Below are positions 45,514 to 55,243 of a stretch of 64,000 nucleotides of DNA, one piece after another (the first letter of the stretch is position 1; each line of letters begins with the position of its first letter). The notes under the pieces were generated by a model. It searched no databases. It was not told the DNA's origin and saw only the letters and a program-made list of their open reading frames with translations. The position numbers and the translations under genes were made by a program. The stretch comes from Bacilli bacterium (GTDB lineage: Bacteria > Bacillota_I > Bacilli_A > RFN20 > CAG-826): assembly GCA_024695235.1 (NCBI GenBank), contig JAILIP010000006.1, positions 7,378 through 71,377 of the forward strand, written 5' to 3'.

Positions 45514-46055
45514 TTATTTTAGCAAGTGCTTCTCCAAGGAGAAGAGAGTTAATAAAAATGCTCGTGGATGAATTTGAAGTCATCCCAAGTGATGTTGATG
45601 AAAGCATCATCCATACAGAACCACACGCTCTTCCTGCCGAATTATCAAAGCTCAAAGCGTATTCTATCTTTGCAACTCATCCAAATGACACGATTATCGC
45701 TTGCGATACAATCGTCATTTCTAATGGCAAAATCCTTGGAAAACCAAAAGATGAAAAAGAAGCTAAAGAAATGCTTCAAGAATTATCTGGACATAAGCAT
45801 GTTGTTATTTCTGGATATACATATATCAACAAAGATAAAGAAATCACTAGAACAGTTAGAACGTATGTGTACTTTAACAAGTTAAGTGATGAAACAATCA
45901 ATGCATATATTAAAAGTGGCTCACCAATGGATAAAGCGGGAGCCTATGGAATTCAAGATAAAGAATTTAATTTAGTCGATCATATTGAAGGTAGCTTCTA
46001 TAACGTCGTTGGATTCCCAGTTGAAGATATAAAAGCTCACTGCTTCAAAGACTAA
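45510..46055 (+). CDS. maf: Maf-family nucleoside triphosphate pyrophosphatase
   Basis: 181 aa, LASASPRRRELI, GAYGIQ. ATGA overlap with rnj. Confidence 0.9.
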   Translation: MIILASASPRRRELIKMLVDEFEVIPSDVDESIIHTEPHALPAELSKLKAYSIFATHPNDTIIACDTIVISNGKILGKPKDEKEAKEMLQELSGHKHVVISGYTYINKDKEITRTVRTYVYFNKLSDETINAYIKSGSPMDKAGAYGIQDKEFNLVDHIEGSFYNVVGFPVEDIKAHCFKD

Positions 46056-46453
46056 AACATTTCACGATATAAAGTGGACATATCATCCTTGATAACAAGG
46101 ATGATTTTATTTGACATTTTAATGACTGAATCAACACCTAACTCATTGAGTTTAGCTTCATTAACAACATTGTAATCTGTTAACACTAAAGTCATGCGTG
46201 AACCAGTTAATGAATGTTCAAGAATGTTTTCTTTGCCACCAAGTGCAAGAAGGATTTGTTCTCCTCTATCACTTAATTCTGGTTTAGTAACTTCCACCAC
46301 TGCATTTTTACTTTTAACTTTTGCAATAATGAATAAAACTACTACTGCAATAAATGCTGCAGCAGCTAATGCGACAGCAATCCAAATGCCATAGTTTTTC
46401 AAAAAATCATTTAATGGATTGCTTGTTGGAGAATTATCAGTCAAGATTTTCAT
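46052..46453 (-). CDS. Membrane-anchored PTS EIIB(Glc)-like domain protein lacking the phospho-Cys
   Basis: One TM helix, then ILLALGGKENILEHSLTGSRMTLVLTD. This resembles the EIIB signature (LGGxxNI....CxTRLR) but has no Cys at the active position. Confidence 0.55.
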   Translation of the reverse strand: MKILTDNSPTSNPLNDFLKNYGIWIAVALAAAAFIAVVVLFIIAKVKSKNAVVEVTKPELSDRGEQILLALGGKENILEHSLTGSRMTLVLTDYNVVNEAKLNELGVDSVIKMSNKIILVIKDDMSTLYREMF

Positions 46454-46483
46454 GACAATATGTTACCATATTAAAAGTTAAAT

Positions 46484-47047
46484 ATGTCTACAAATCTTGA
46501 AATTGAAGCTAAATCACTAATCGATGAGAAATCGTATCGTAAATTAGTAGAAGGTAAAACTGATAAATGTTACACCCAAACTAATTATTATTTAGACAAC
46601 AAAAAATCTGAACTTCACAAGAAGAAACTTGGCCTTCGCGTCAGAGAAAAAGATGGTGAATTAGAGTTAACTCTAAAAGTTAAGCAAAAAGAGGGCAAAC
46701 TTGAAATCAACCAACTCATTTCCGATAAAGACTTTTTCAATTTAAAAGTGAAAAGCATCTTCCCTGAAGGAGAGGTTAAAATCAAACTTTTAGAATATGA
46801 AATCGATGTTAATAAGTTATATGTCTTCACCACTTTAGTCACAATTAGACTAGACCTTGAATATAAGGGATGTCTAATCTCAATCGATAATTCCTCGTTC
46901 AGTGGCATCACCGACTATGAAGTTGAATGTGAAGCAGACTCAATGGAGAAAGCAAAATCAACCCTCATTGAATTTCTAAAAGAAAACGAAGTACCTTATC
47001 AAGAGAACTTCGTTAGTAAGCTAAAAAGAGCAAGAGATAGCCTATAG
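46484..47047 (+). CDS. CYTH-domain protein (triphosphate tunnel metalloenzyme family)
   Basis: N-terminal EIEAK (ExExK) signature. 187 aa with an alternating beta-strand pattern. Confidence 0.75.
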   Translation: MSTNLEIEAKSLIDEKSYRKLVEGKTDKCYTQTNYYLDNKKSELHKKKLGLRVREKDGELELTLKVKQKEGKLEINQLISDKDFFNLKVKSIFPEGEVKIKLLEYEIDVNKLYVFTTLVTIRLDLEYKGCLISIDNSSFSGITDYEVECEADSMEKAKSTLIEFLKENEVPYQENFVSKLKRARDSL

Positions 47048-47048
47048 G

Positions 47049-47468
47049 CTATTTTTTGTTATCATCATCACAGCAGTCATCCAAAAAGCAAGGCATTGTG
47101 AGCTCCCTTCTTGCTCTTGGAATGAAGATAGAAATATCATCCGCATTATAGCCAACTTGGAGGCGATCATGTTCATCATCCACCATGATTGGGCGACGCA
47201 AGACGGATGGATTTTTACGAATAAATTCAATCATCTCAGAAACAGTCATTGATTCAACATCAACATTACCCTCTTTGATGATTTTTGATTTGTTGGAAAT
47301 GATATCTTCTGTACCATTGTCGGTCTTCATAAGAATATTGCGAAGCTCTTCTGCTTTAAGTTCATCAGTAAAAATATTCTTTTCTTCAAAAGGGATGTTT
47401 TGGTCTTTAAACCATTTTTTAACCTTTCGGCATGAAGAACAACTTGGTGAGACGTAGATTTTTATCAT
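47049..47468 (-). CDS. spx: Spx/ArsC-family redox-sensing transcriptional regulator
   Basis: MIKIYVSPSCSSCRKVKKWF (CxxC) and LLRRPIMVD..RLQVGYN. Start at the ATG at 47468; the track start is TTG. Confidence 0.88.
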   Translation of the reverse strand: MIKIYVSPSCSSCRKVKKWFKDQNIPFEEKNIFTDELKAEELRNILMKTDNGTEDIISNKSKIIKEGNVDVESMTVSEMIEFIRKNPSVLRRPIMVDDEHDRLQVGYNADDISIFIPRARRELTMPCFLDDCCDDDNKK

Positions 47469-47572
47469 GCCATAATTATTCAATGTTATATTCAATAAGT
47501 CAATTACTTATGTAAATTGACATTAATTAAATATACGACTTATAATATCATTTAGTTTTGAGGTATAAACTT

Positions 47573-48556
47573 ATGGATCGAATTTTAAGCGGAATCAAAC
47601 CTACAGGTCAATTAACACTTGGTAACTACATCGGAGCTATCAAGAACTTTTCACGTGTTCAATATGATGGGGAACCATTCCTTTTCATTGCTGATTTACA
47701 CGCTCTTACACTTCCTATCGATCCAGAGGTTTTAAGAAAGAATTCTCGCGATGTTGCCGCTTACTATTTAGCAGCTGGTTTAGATCCAAAGCATTCAACC
47801 ATCTTCCTTCAAAGTGATGTGTCCACTCATAGTGAACTTGCAATCATATTGCAAAACTACCTCTATATGGGTGAACTTTCACGTATGACTCAGTTCAAAG
47901 ATAAGTCACAAAAGATGAAAGAAGAAGCTATTGGTTTAGGCTTATTTGCCTACCCAGTTTTAATGGCAGCAGATATCGTCTTATATGACGCAAAAAGAAT
48001 TCCTGTTGGAGAAGACCAAGTTCAACACGTCGAGCTTGCACGTGACTTAGTGAAACGTTTCAATAACCGTTATGGTGAAGTCTTAACTATGCCAAGAGCA
48101 GAAGTTGCTAAAGTTGGCAAAAGAATTATGTCACTAAGTGACCCAACCAAAAAGATGAGCAAATCTGAACCTAAGGGTGATATCTATCTTTCAGATTCAC
48201 TCGAAGTCATGAGAAAGAAAATCATGTCGGCAGTTACTGACTTAGGACATGAAATTAAATATGATCCTGAAAATAAGCCAGGCATTTCTAACTTGATGAC
48301 AATCTTGTCATCATTATCAGGCAAATCCTTCGAAGAAATTGAAAAAGAATTTGAAGGTAAAGGTTATGGCGATTTCAAACGTGCAGTAGCAGATGCTGTC
48401 GTAAAAGAAATGGAACCATTCAAAGCTAAATATGAAGAAATCGTTGCAAGTGGCTTAGTTGATAAGGTGCTTGAAGAAGGCGCTAAGAAAGCATACGATG
48501 CTTCTAAAGTTGTTTTAACAAGAGTACAAAAAGCTGTTGGATTATATCGTAAATAA
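47573..48556 (+). CDS. trpS: Tryptophan-tRNA ligase
   Basis: Class I aaRS with GIKPTGQLTLGNYIG and KMSKS. Start at the ATG at 47573, preceded by GAGGT. Confidence 0.95.
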   Translation: MDRILSGIKPTGQLTLGNYIGAIKNFSRVQYDGEPFLFIADLHALTLPIDPEVLRKNSRDVAAYYLAAGLDPKHSTIFLQSDVSTHSELAIILQNYLYMGELSRMTQFKDKSQKMKEEAIGLGLFAYPVLMAADIVLYDAKRIPVGEDQVQHVELARDLVKRFNNRYGEVLTMPRAEVAKVGKRIMSLSDPTKKMSKSEPKGDIYLSDSLEVMRKKIMSAVTDLGHEIKYDPENKPGISNLMTILSSLSGKSFEEIEKEFEGKGYGDFKRAVADAVVKEMEPFKAKYEEIVASGLVDKVLEEGAKKAYDASKVVLTRVQKAVGLYRK

Positions 48557-49359
48557 TGGATAGATACTTAATAGCATTTGATATGGATGGAACTCTTCTT
48601 ACTGAAAAAAAGAAGATTTCTTTTTTAACTCTCCATTATTTAAGAAAACTTACAAAGAAAGGACATCTAATTGTCCTTGCTAGTGGTCGCCCATCAAGAG
48701 CTTTGTACTCGTATTACAACCAGCTTAAACTTAAGACTCCGATGATATGTTATAACGGAGCCTATACTTTTTCTCCATATGACAAAGACTTTCCACCATT
48801 TGAGTTCGAGTTTCCAAAGGAAGTAGTCCAAAAATTATATAAAGAACTCCATCCATACATCGAACATGTTATGTGTGAAGATGACACGGATATTTGGGTG
48901 GATAAAGAAGATTTATATCTTGATAGATTCTTTTGGTATAAGGGGATGAATATCCATAAAGGAGATATATCAGAAATTCTCACCAAGAATCCGATGACCA
49001 TGATTGCCCAAAAGAAAGAGGATTTAAAAGATAACTCTCCAATTGATAACATAGTTAAGCAATATAAAGATATCGATGTTAGATACTGGACAGGAAGTCC
49101 ATATCTTGAACTATATTTTAAGTGCACTTCTAAAGGTGCATCTGTTAAAAAAATCGCAGAGTACTATAACATTCCAAAAGAAAAAATCATCGTCTTTGGT
49201 GATGCTGAAAACGATGTTGAGATGTTCCAAATTGCCGGAACATCTATCGCTATGAAAAACGGTAAAGAGTCATTAAAAAAACATGCAACGCATGTTTCTA
49301 TCAAAGATAATGAGAATAATGGTATCTACCACACTCTTAAAAAGATAATTAAGATTTAA
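48556..49359 (+). CDS. Cof-type HAD-IIB phosphatase
   Basis: FDMDGTLL, SGRP, and GDAENDVEM motifs. Confidence 0.85.
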   Translation: MDRYLIAFDMDGTLLTEKKKISFLTLHYLRKLTKKGHLIVLASGRPSRALYSYYNQLKLKTPMICYNGAYTFSPYDKDFPPFEFEFPKEVVQKLYKELHPYIEHVMCEDDTDIWVDKEDLYLDRFFWYKGMNIHKGDISEILTKNPMTMIAQKKEDLKDNSPIDNIVKQYKDIDVRYWTGSPYLELYFKCTSKGASVKKIAEYYNIPKEKIIVFGDAENDVEMFQIAGTSIAMKNGKESLKKHATHVSIKDNENNGIYHTLKKIIKI

Positions 49360-50320
49360 GATTATTTAATAGTTCTTTTTCTTCTTTAGCTAAAGGAGCA
49401 ATAAAAGTCTTACCACTTAGATAATCAAGTGGTTTTTTAATATTCTTAAACATGATTTTCTCAGCGTGTAAAAATTGGTTTTCAAACTTATAGTTATCTT
49501 TGAAATATCGGTTTGATTTGAAATCTCCGTATTTTCCGTCCCCTACTACTGGATAGCCAACATTAGAAAGGTGAACGCGGATTTGATGTGTTCTACCGGT
49601 AACAAGTTCAACATTAACAAGTGTGTACATATCACCAATGTGTTCGATAGGTGTAACTTTGGTTAAGGCAGACTTTGCTCCGTCTTTCATCTTCGCAACT
49701 TTTACTAAGCCACTATTAGGATCTTTTAAAAGAGGTAAATCAACTTCCATATAGTGATCAAGATTGCCATTTACTAATGCGCAATATATCTTTGATATAT
49801 CAGTCTTATCTTTGAAGAGATCTTCTAATAGTTGAAGGGTCGGAAGATTCTTTCCAAACACAACTAAGCCGGATGTATTTCTGTCGAGTCTATGAGCAGG
49901 TCCTGGAATGAAGCCATGATCAACTCGTGGATTATATTCACCTTTGAAATATAAATAATTTAAAACTTCATTAGACAAGGTGTTTCTTTTTTCAGAAGCG
50001 TCTCCGTGAACTAATAATCCTCTAGGTTTATTGACAACGAGGATATTTTCATCTTCATAAATGATTTGATATTTAAATGGTTCTTTTTGAAGCTCTTTTG
50101 GCTTAGAGAATTCTTTAAGTTGCTCATCAGTAACGTATATTGAAATGAGCTCATCTCTTTTCAAGATATAATCTTGTTTGACCCAATGGCCATTAACCTT
50201 AACATCTTTCTTACGAAATAACTTATAAATAAAGCTCAAAGGAGCCTCGTTTAAATATTTCCTGAGGAATTTATCGATGCGTTGATTTTCTTCTCTTAAA
50301 GAGACTTTGTATTCAATCAT
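49349..50320 (-). CDS. RluA/RluD-family 23S rRNA pseudouridine synthase
   Basis: S4-like N-terminus, catalytic HRLDRNTSG, and GRTHQIRVH. Confidence 0.88.
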   Translation of the reverse strand: MIEYKVSLREENQRIDKFLRKYLNEAPLSFIYKLFRKKDVKVNGHWVKQDYILKRDELISIYVTDEQLKEFSKPKELQKEPFKYQIIYEDENILVVNKPRGLLVHGDASEKRNTLSNEVLNYLYFKGEYNPRVDHGFIPGPAHRLDRNTSGLVVFGKNLPTLQLLEDLFKDKTDISKIYCALVNGNLDHYMEVDLPLLKDPNSGLVKVAKMKDGAKSALTKVTPIEHIGDMYTLVNVELVTGRTHQIRVHLSNVGYPVVGDGKYGDFKSNRYFKDNYKFENQFLHAEKIMFKNIKKPLDYLSGKTFIAPLAKEEKELLNNLKS

Positions 50321-50384
50321 ACGTAAAATATTATATGTTTCATTTGTAATTAAGTGAAATTAAAACTATAATTTAGACTATCGC

Positions 50385-50475
50385 GGAGGATTACCCAAGC
50401 GGCTGAAGGGGTGGGCTTGGAAAGCTCATAGGGCTCGAAAGGGTCGCAAGAGTTCAAATCTCTTATCCTCCGCCA
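50385..50475 (+). tRNA. tRNA-Ser(GGA)
   Basis: Acceptor GGAGGAT/ATCCTCC, anticodon loop TTGGAAA, long variable arm, encoded CCA. Confidence 0.9.
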
Positions 50476-50484
50476 GTTAAAAAT

Positions 50485-50507
50485 AAAAGGCACATAGTGC
50501 CTTTTTT
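50485..50507. terminator. Bidirectional terminator (tRNA-Ser / mntP)
   Basis: Stem AAAAGGCAC / GTGCCTTTT with a 3-nt loop. Confidence 0.75.
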
Positions 50508-51162
50508 ATATTCCTAAGTAGTGAGATAACACTATCCAAATGGCTAGTAATATGAGTATTGAACCACCTATAATTTCAGCAATCTCATATTTACCTTTGA
50601 ATAGCTTAGTAATCTTCTTTCCAAGAAGAACACCAATTAAAGATATAACAAATGTGCATACAAGCACGATAGATACATGTAGCCAAATGCTTTGATACCA
50701 TGGACATGCATATCCTTGGGATAAACCAGTATGGAAGGCAACGCCTGTTGCTAAGGCATCAATTGCAGTAGCTACTCCGTAGAGTAATACTTCCTTGACT
50801 GAGAATTTCTTGGTTTCAGTTTCTTCGTCTTTGTGTCTTAAAGATCTAATCCCTTCAACAAGCATCTTAATTCCAATGAAAAGGATAAGAGCGAAGGCTA
50901 ACCATACAACGATGACACTAACAATATGCCCTGCTTTACTTCCAGAGGCTTGACCAGCAAGCACTTCGATTAGTTCAACTAACCAGAAACTAATTAATGG
51001 CATGATGGCTTGCATTACACCAAAGGTGATGGCGATGAATAATGCTTTCTTTTTATTGATATCAGAGTAGGTTAAACCATCTGTGATGCTAACAGCAAAA
51101 GCATCCATGCTTAAAGCAATTCCATATAAGAATATTTGAACGAGAATTTCTATAGCACTCAT
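50506..51162 (-). CDS. mntP: Manganese efflux pump MntP
   Basis: Two DUF204-type repeats (SMDAFAVS and AIDALATG). Start at the ATG at 51162; the track start at 51186 is GTG and lies inside a terminator hairpin. Confidence 0.85.
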   Translation of the reverse strand: MSAIEILVQIFLYGIALSMDAFAVSITDGLTYSDINKKKALFIAITFGVMQAIMPLISFWLVELIEVLAGQASGSKAGHIVSVIVVWLAFALILFIGIKMLVEGIRSLRHKDEETETKKFSVKEVLLYGVATAIDALATGVAFHTGLSQGYACPWYQSIWLHVSIVLVCTFVISLIGVLLGKKITKLFKGKYEIAEIIGGSILILLAIWIVLSHYLGI

Positions 51163-51189
51163 ATGTAAAAAAGATGTGCTATGCACATC

Positions 51190-51588
51190 TTATTCAGCAG
51201 GTTTTGCCTCAACTGCAGGAGCTGGTTCTTCGATGACTTTGACAGCCTCTTTGACTTCAATGTCTCTATTGATTCCAGCATTTGTTCTTTGTTGACGACG
51301 AATTTGTTTTTCAATATCGCGATCAACTTTCTTAGCATTGTAGTTAAGGGCAAGAATAACAATGAGCATGCCAAAGGCAAGGAAGATGATACCCCAGACT
51401 CTAAAGTCGAATGGGATTTTAATTTTGGTAATCAATGCTTCTTCAGCATTCTTAACAAAGTTAGCGTTACGGTTTGAAATATGGTGACCAATGATACCAA
51501 ATATCATTAAGGCAACACCAAAAACAGCAATCATACCGCCAGCGATATACCATGCTAATTCTTTCCAAGAGAGTTTGACTTTTTTCAT
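51190..51588 (-). CDS. Hypothetical two-TM membrane protein with a charged C-terminal tail
   Basis: Start at the ATG at 51588, preceded by AAAGGA. Two hydrophobic helices. Ends in EEPAPAVEAKPAE. Confidence 0.6.
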   Translation of the reverse strand: MKKVKLSWKELAWYIAGGMIAVFGVALMIFGIIGHHISNRNANFVKNAEEALITKIKIPFDFRVWGIIFLAFGMLIVILALNYNAKKVDRDIEKQIRRQQRTNAGINRDIEVKEAVKVIEEPAPAVEAKPAE

Positions 51589-51641
51589 TGTTTTTCCTTT
51601 GCTAGTAAATACTATCACTACTCACAATCATTTTCAAATGA

Positions 51642-52496
51642 TTATGCACTAGCTTTGGCTCCTTGCATTTTTTGAGCCTCTTCAGCGAAGTATTGAATGT
51701 ACTTATCATATGCTGGCTTCCAAGCATTTTCCCATTTCATGGTTTTGTCTCTTGCGATGGTCTTAACAGCAGTGATTACATCACCGAAGTTCTTTCCTTC
51801 TGGAAGAGCACGACGACCATTTGTCATTTCGATTAAGGCAAATAATGGGTCGATAAGTTCATAATAGTCAGCACTGATAAGTGGGCTGTGTTGACGGAGA
51901 CTTGATAAGAAACCGACAATCTTAGATAAGTCATTTTGAATGAAGTTAGATTGTGGAGTAATTGCTCCATTAGCTTCTTGTCTTGCTTTGTTATATTCAG
52001 CAAACAAATGATCGAGATCATTAAGTAAGAGCATATTGGTGAGACCACGGTAGAAATATTCTTCTTTCTCTAAGAGAGAATCGAGTTCGGCTTCATCATA
52101 TTTTTCTTGCTTTCTTGCTTCATTAACGTGTGCAGCAATAATAGCGCGCATTTCTTCGTGAATTGGAAGAACTGCTTCATAAACGGCAATGTGTTGAGCG
52201 GAATCAACACGAACTTCTGTACCTTCAGTGTTTAACTTAACAATTGTTGAATTCTCTGAGTAAACTGTGTCAAGAAGTTCTTTGATCTTGGCCATGAGTT
52301 TTTCTCCGGCTTCACCAGAATTGTCTAAGCAACTTTTTAAAGGTGTGTTTTGGGTGATTTCAGTGTTGATGATTTCTTTTCTTGCCTTATAGGCATTGAC
52401 ATCATAGCTATCTTTTTTCATAACGTATTCAAGGGTGTTGAAAACAACAACATCGAATCTTAAGAAGCTTGAGATAGCAGCTGTGAAATTATTCAT
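51642..52496 (-). CDS. Hypothetical cytosolic helical protein (284 aa)
   Basis: Intact ORF whose start overlaps the upstream Cof gene stop by 8 nt, suggesting translational coupling. No recognisable motif. Confidence 0.55.
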   Translation of the reverse strand: MNNFTAAISSFLRFDVVVFNTLEYVMKKDSYDVNAYKARKEIINTEITQNTPLKSCLDNSGEAGEKLMAKIKELLDTVYSENSTIVKLNTEGTEVRVDSAQHIAVYEAVLPIHEEMRAIIAAHVNEARKQEKYDEAELDSLLEKEEYFYRGLTNMLLLNDLDHLFAEYNKARQEANGAITPQSNFIQNDLSKIVGFLSSLRQHSPLISADYYELIDPLFALIEMTNGRRALPEGKNFGDVITAVKTIARDKTMKWENAWKPAYDKYIQYFAEEAQKMQGAKASA

Positions 52497-53346
52497 TTTC
52501 TTTGTTCCTTTCTATATCAATGTAATTCTCTAAATCTGCGAAACGTTTAAGAGTGTGCTTTGCATACTTCGAGACCGATAGTGATGCATGAGACATACAG
52601 AAACTGCGTTCAGGGAAGGCAGTGAACATTGATATATCATTGCCTGAATCTCCGACGACGTAAACGTCGCTGTGATTAATCTTAAAATAATCTAGATAAT
52701 ATTTCAACCCCTCTGATTTAGAACAACCATGTGGAGAAAGTTCAATAAATTCATTTGACCATGAAGACTCGACACAATTTCCATATTCTTCACGAATAAT
52801 TTTATTGGCCTCTTTGCAGTTATTGACATTCTTTTTACCGACACCAAAAAAAATCATTACTTTGTAAACGTGGCCATTTGAGAGGATGTCTTCATATTTT
52901 TCTTTATTGACTTCAAAAGGTTCTTTATAAACACCTTGTTGAAATAACCATATTTTGTAGACGATGCGATAGATGATGGATTTAAACTTTTGTCTAGAAA
53001 CAAATTGTCCATCATCACTCATTAACATAAAAGCTTTCGGAGAATACTTTTTTTCAATTTCATCGAGAACTTCTCTTAACTTATTACTATCAAAGTATGT
53101 TTTCTTAATGAATCTACTGTCCGCAACGATATAGGAAGAGTTACATCCAATCATGTCGACTGGACGATCAATTCTTTCAGCTGTTTTTTTAAGTGATTCA
53201 TAATTGCGACCACTTATAAGAACTACTCTTCCGCCATTATCAATATGACGCCTTAGAAAGGCGAGACTATCCTTCGGAATCATGGAAATTCTTTTCTTTG
53301 GATAGAAAAGGGTGCCATCTAAATCAGTTGCGATAACTTTTCCCAT
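52489..53346 (-). CDS. Cof-type HAD-IIB phosphatase
   Basis: TDLDGTLF, SGRN, and GDSGNDISM motifs. Confidence 0.85.
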   Translation of the reverse strand: MGKVIATDLDGTLFYPKKRISMIPKDSLAFLRRHIDNGGRVVLISGRNYESLKKTAERIDRPVDMIGCNSSYIVADSRFIKKTYFDSNKLREVLDEIEKKYSPKAFMLMSDDGQFVSRQKFKSIIYRIVYKIWLFQQGVYKEPFEVNKEKYEDILSNGHVYKVMIFFGVGKKNVNNCKEANKIIREEYGNCVESSWSNEFIELSPHGCSKSEGLKYYLDYFKINHSDVYVVGDSGNDISMFTAFPERSFCMSHASLSVSKYAKHTLKRFADLENYIDIERNKENE

Positions 53347-53387
53347 AGCGTTAATTATATTAACAACATGTAAGAATTACAATTAAA

Positions 53388-53418
53388 ACAAAAAGAAAAG
53401 AGCCAATTTAATGGCTCT
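53388..53418 (-). terminator. Intrinsic terminator after hpf
   Basis: On the minus strand, stem AGAGCCA / TGGCTCT is followed by TTTTCTTTTT. Confidence 0.7.
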
Positions 53419-53433
53419 AATCTAAGATACGTC

Positions 53434-53988
53434 TTACTTTAGAACGTTTTCGGCTTGGATAACACCATAGCCGCCATCTTCTCTTGTATAGCAAACGGAG
53501 ATGCGATCATCTTCCTCATCAAGATAGATGAAGAATGTGTGATCGATCGCTTCCATTCTGGTGATGGCCTCATCAAGGCTCATTGGTTCTAGATATATCG
53601 ATTTAGTACGAACGACTGTATCGTTTTCCTCTGGTTCAGCGATTGGTTCGATATTTTCTAAAGCAATAGCTTTACCAAGTGATAATTTACCACCACGGGA
53701 ACGATCCATTCTCGTTTTGAGTTTTCTCATTTGTCCTTCAAGTTTATCGACTGCTAGATCAACTCCGGCGTATAAATCAGGATGACTGACTTCAGCACGT
53801 AGGTCCATTTGAGGTGTGAAAATTGTTACCTCAATCTTTGATCCAACCTTGTAGGATCTTACAACAACGCGGCAAGAAACACCTTCGTTAATGACGAAGT
53901 ATTTGTCCATACGTGAAAGCTTATGTTCAACAGCTGAACGGATGCCTTCGGTGACCTCAATGTTCTTACCAATAATTTGGTATTTCAT
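53434..53988 (-). CDS. hpf: Ribosome hibernation promoting factor, long form
   Basis: 184 aa. The N-terminal S30AE/YfiA fold begins MKYQIIGKNIEVTEGIR. C-terminal dimerisation domain present. Confidence 0.9.
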   Translation of the reverse strand: MKYQIIGKNIEVTEGIRSAVEHKLSRMDKYFVINEGVSCRVVVRSYKVGSKIEVTIFTPQMDLRAEVSHPDLYAGVDLAVDKLEGQMRKLKTRMDRSRGGKLSLGKAIALENIEPIAEPEENDTVVRTKSIYLEPMSLDEAITRMEAIDHTFFIYLDEEDDRISVCYTREDGGYGVIQAENVLK

Positions 53989-54077
53989 AAAGCTCTCCTT
54001 TCCAAATTATGCTATGAGATAATTTCTAATTTTATTATCGCAAAAATGCATTTAAAAATATAGTCTATTTCGATATT

Positions 54078-55229
54078 TTATTTTAATAACTTTTTAATTT
54101 GTTCGACCTTATCGAGTTTTTCCCAAGGAAGATTTAAATCAGGTCTTCCAAAGTGACCATAAGCAGCAATCTCTTCATACTTAAACGGAGGTTTTCTAAG
54201 AGATAAAGTTTTGATGATTTCATTTGGTCTTAAGTCGAAGACTTTGTGGATGATTTCAAGAATCTTTTCGTCATCATAATGAGCAGTTCCAAATGTTGTG
54301 ATTCCTAGGGAAACTGGATCGGCTTTTCCAATGGCATAGCCAAGTTGAATCTCAAGTCTATCTGCAACACCTGCTGCGACAAGGTTCTTGGCAATATATC
54401 TAGCCATGTATGCTGCAGAGCGATCGACTTTAGTTGGATCTTTGCCGGAGAAAGCTCCTCCGCCATGACGAGATGCACCACCATAGGTATCAACAATGAT
54501 CTTTCTACCTGTGACACCTGTATCACCTGCAGGACCACCAATTACGAATGAACCAGTTGGGTTGATGAGCACTTCAAAATCAGTCTCAAATCCAAAGGAT
54601 TTAATAACTGGTTTCATGATTTTTTCTTTGATGTATTTAACAAATTCTTCTTTGTTATAGTCTTCATCATGTTGAATGGACATGAGGACTGTCACTACAC
54701 GTGGATGTTTTGGATCTTCGTAGTCAATTGTGACTTGTGATTTCATGTCTGGACGAGCGTATTTGAACTCACCACTCTTACGAAGATTTGTGGCAACACG
54801 AACAAGTTTATGAGCGATAGAAATCGCCATTGGCATGTAGCCTTCTGTCTCGTTTGTGGCATAGCCAAACATGATACCTTGGTCCCCTGCTCCACCGATA
54901 TCAACGCCTTGGGAAATATCTGGTGATTGAAGTTGAACTTTGACATCGATTTTGACATCATCAGCAGAGAAACCATACTCTTTTTTGGTATAACCAATTC
55001 GACGTATGACATCACGCGCAATCTTGTCGTAATCAGGCTTTGCTTTTGAGGTGATTTCACCACCAATTAGAACATAATTTGAGGTAGCAAAAACTTCACA
55101 TGCAACACGTGAAGTTGGATCAACACTCAAACAATAGTCGAGTATTGCATCGGCGATTTGATCACATACTTTATCTGGATGTCCTTCTGATACTGATTCA
55201 GAAGTGAATAAATTGATTTCCTTTAACAT
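54078..55229 (-). CDS. metK: S-adenosylmethionine synthase
   Basis: 383 aa. FTSESVSEGHPDK, GAGDQG, and GGGAFSGKD motifs. AGGAGG RBS. Confidence 0.97.
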   Translation of the reverse strand: MLKEINLFTSESVSEGHPDKVCDQIADAILDYCLSVDPTSRVACEVFATSNYVLIGGEITSKAKPDYDKIARDVIRRIGYTKKEYGFSADDVKIDVKVQLQSPDISQGVDIGGAGDQGIMFGYATNETEGYMPMAISIAHKLVRVATNLRKSGEFKYARPDMKSQVTIDYEDPKHPRVVTVLMSIQHDEDYNKEEFVKYIKEKIMKPVIKSFGFETDFEVLINPTGSFVIGGPAGDTGVTGRKIIVDTYGGASRHGGGAFSGKDPTKVDRSAAYMARYIAKNLVAAGVADRLEIQLGYAIGKADPVSLGITTFGTAHYDDEKILEIIHKVFDLRPNEIIKTLSLRKPPFKYEEIAAYGHFGRPDLNLPWEKLDKVEQIKKLLK

Positions 55230-55243
55230 CTTGGAATCCTCCT

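Noticed and set aside
47496-47572. Looked for a T-box leader upstream of trpS, and likewise upstream of proS
   Set aside because: Only 77 nt separate trpS from the divergent spx gene, with no specifier or T-box sequence. proS is directly coupled to the upstream gene.
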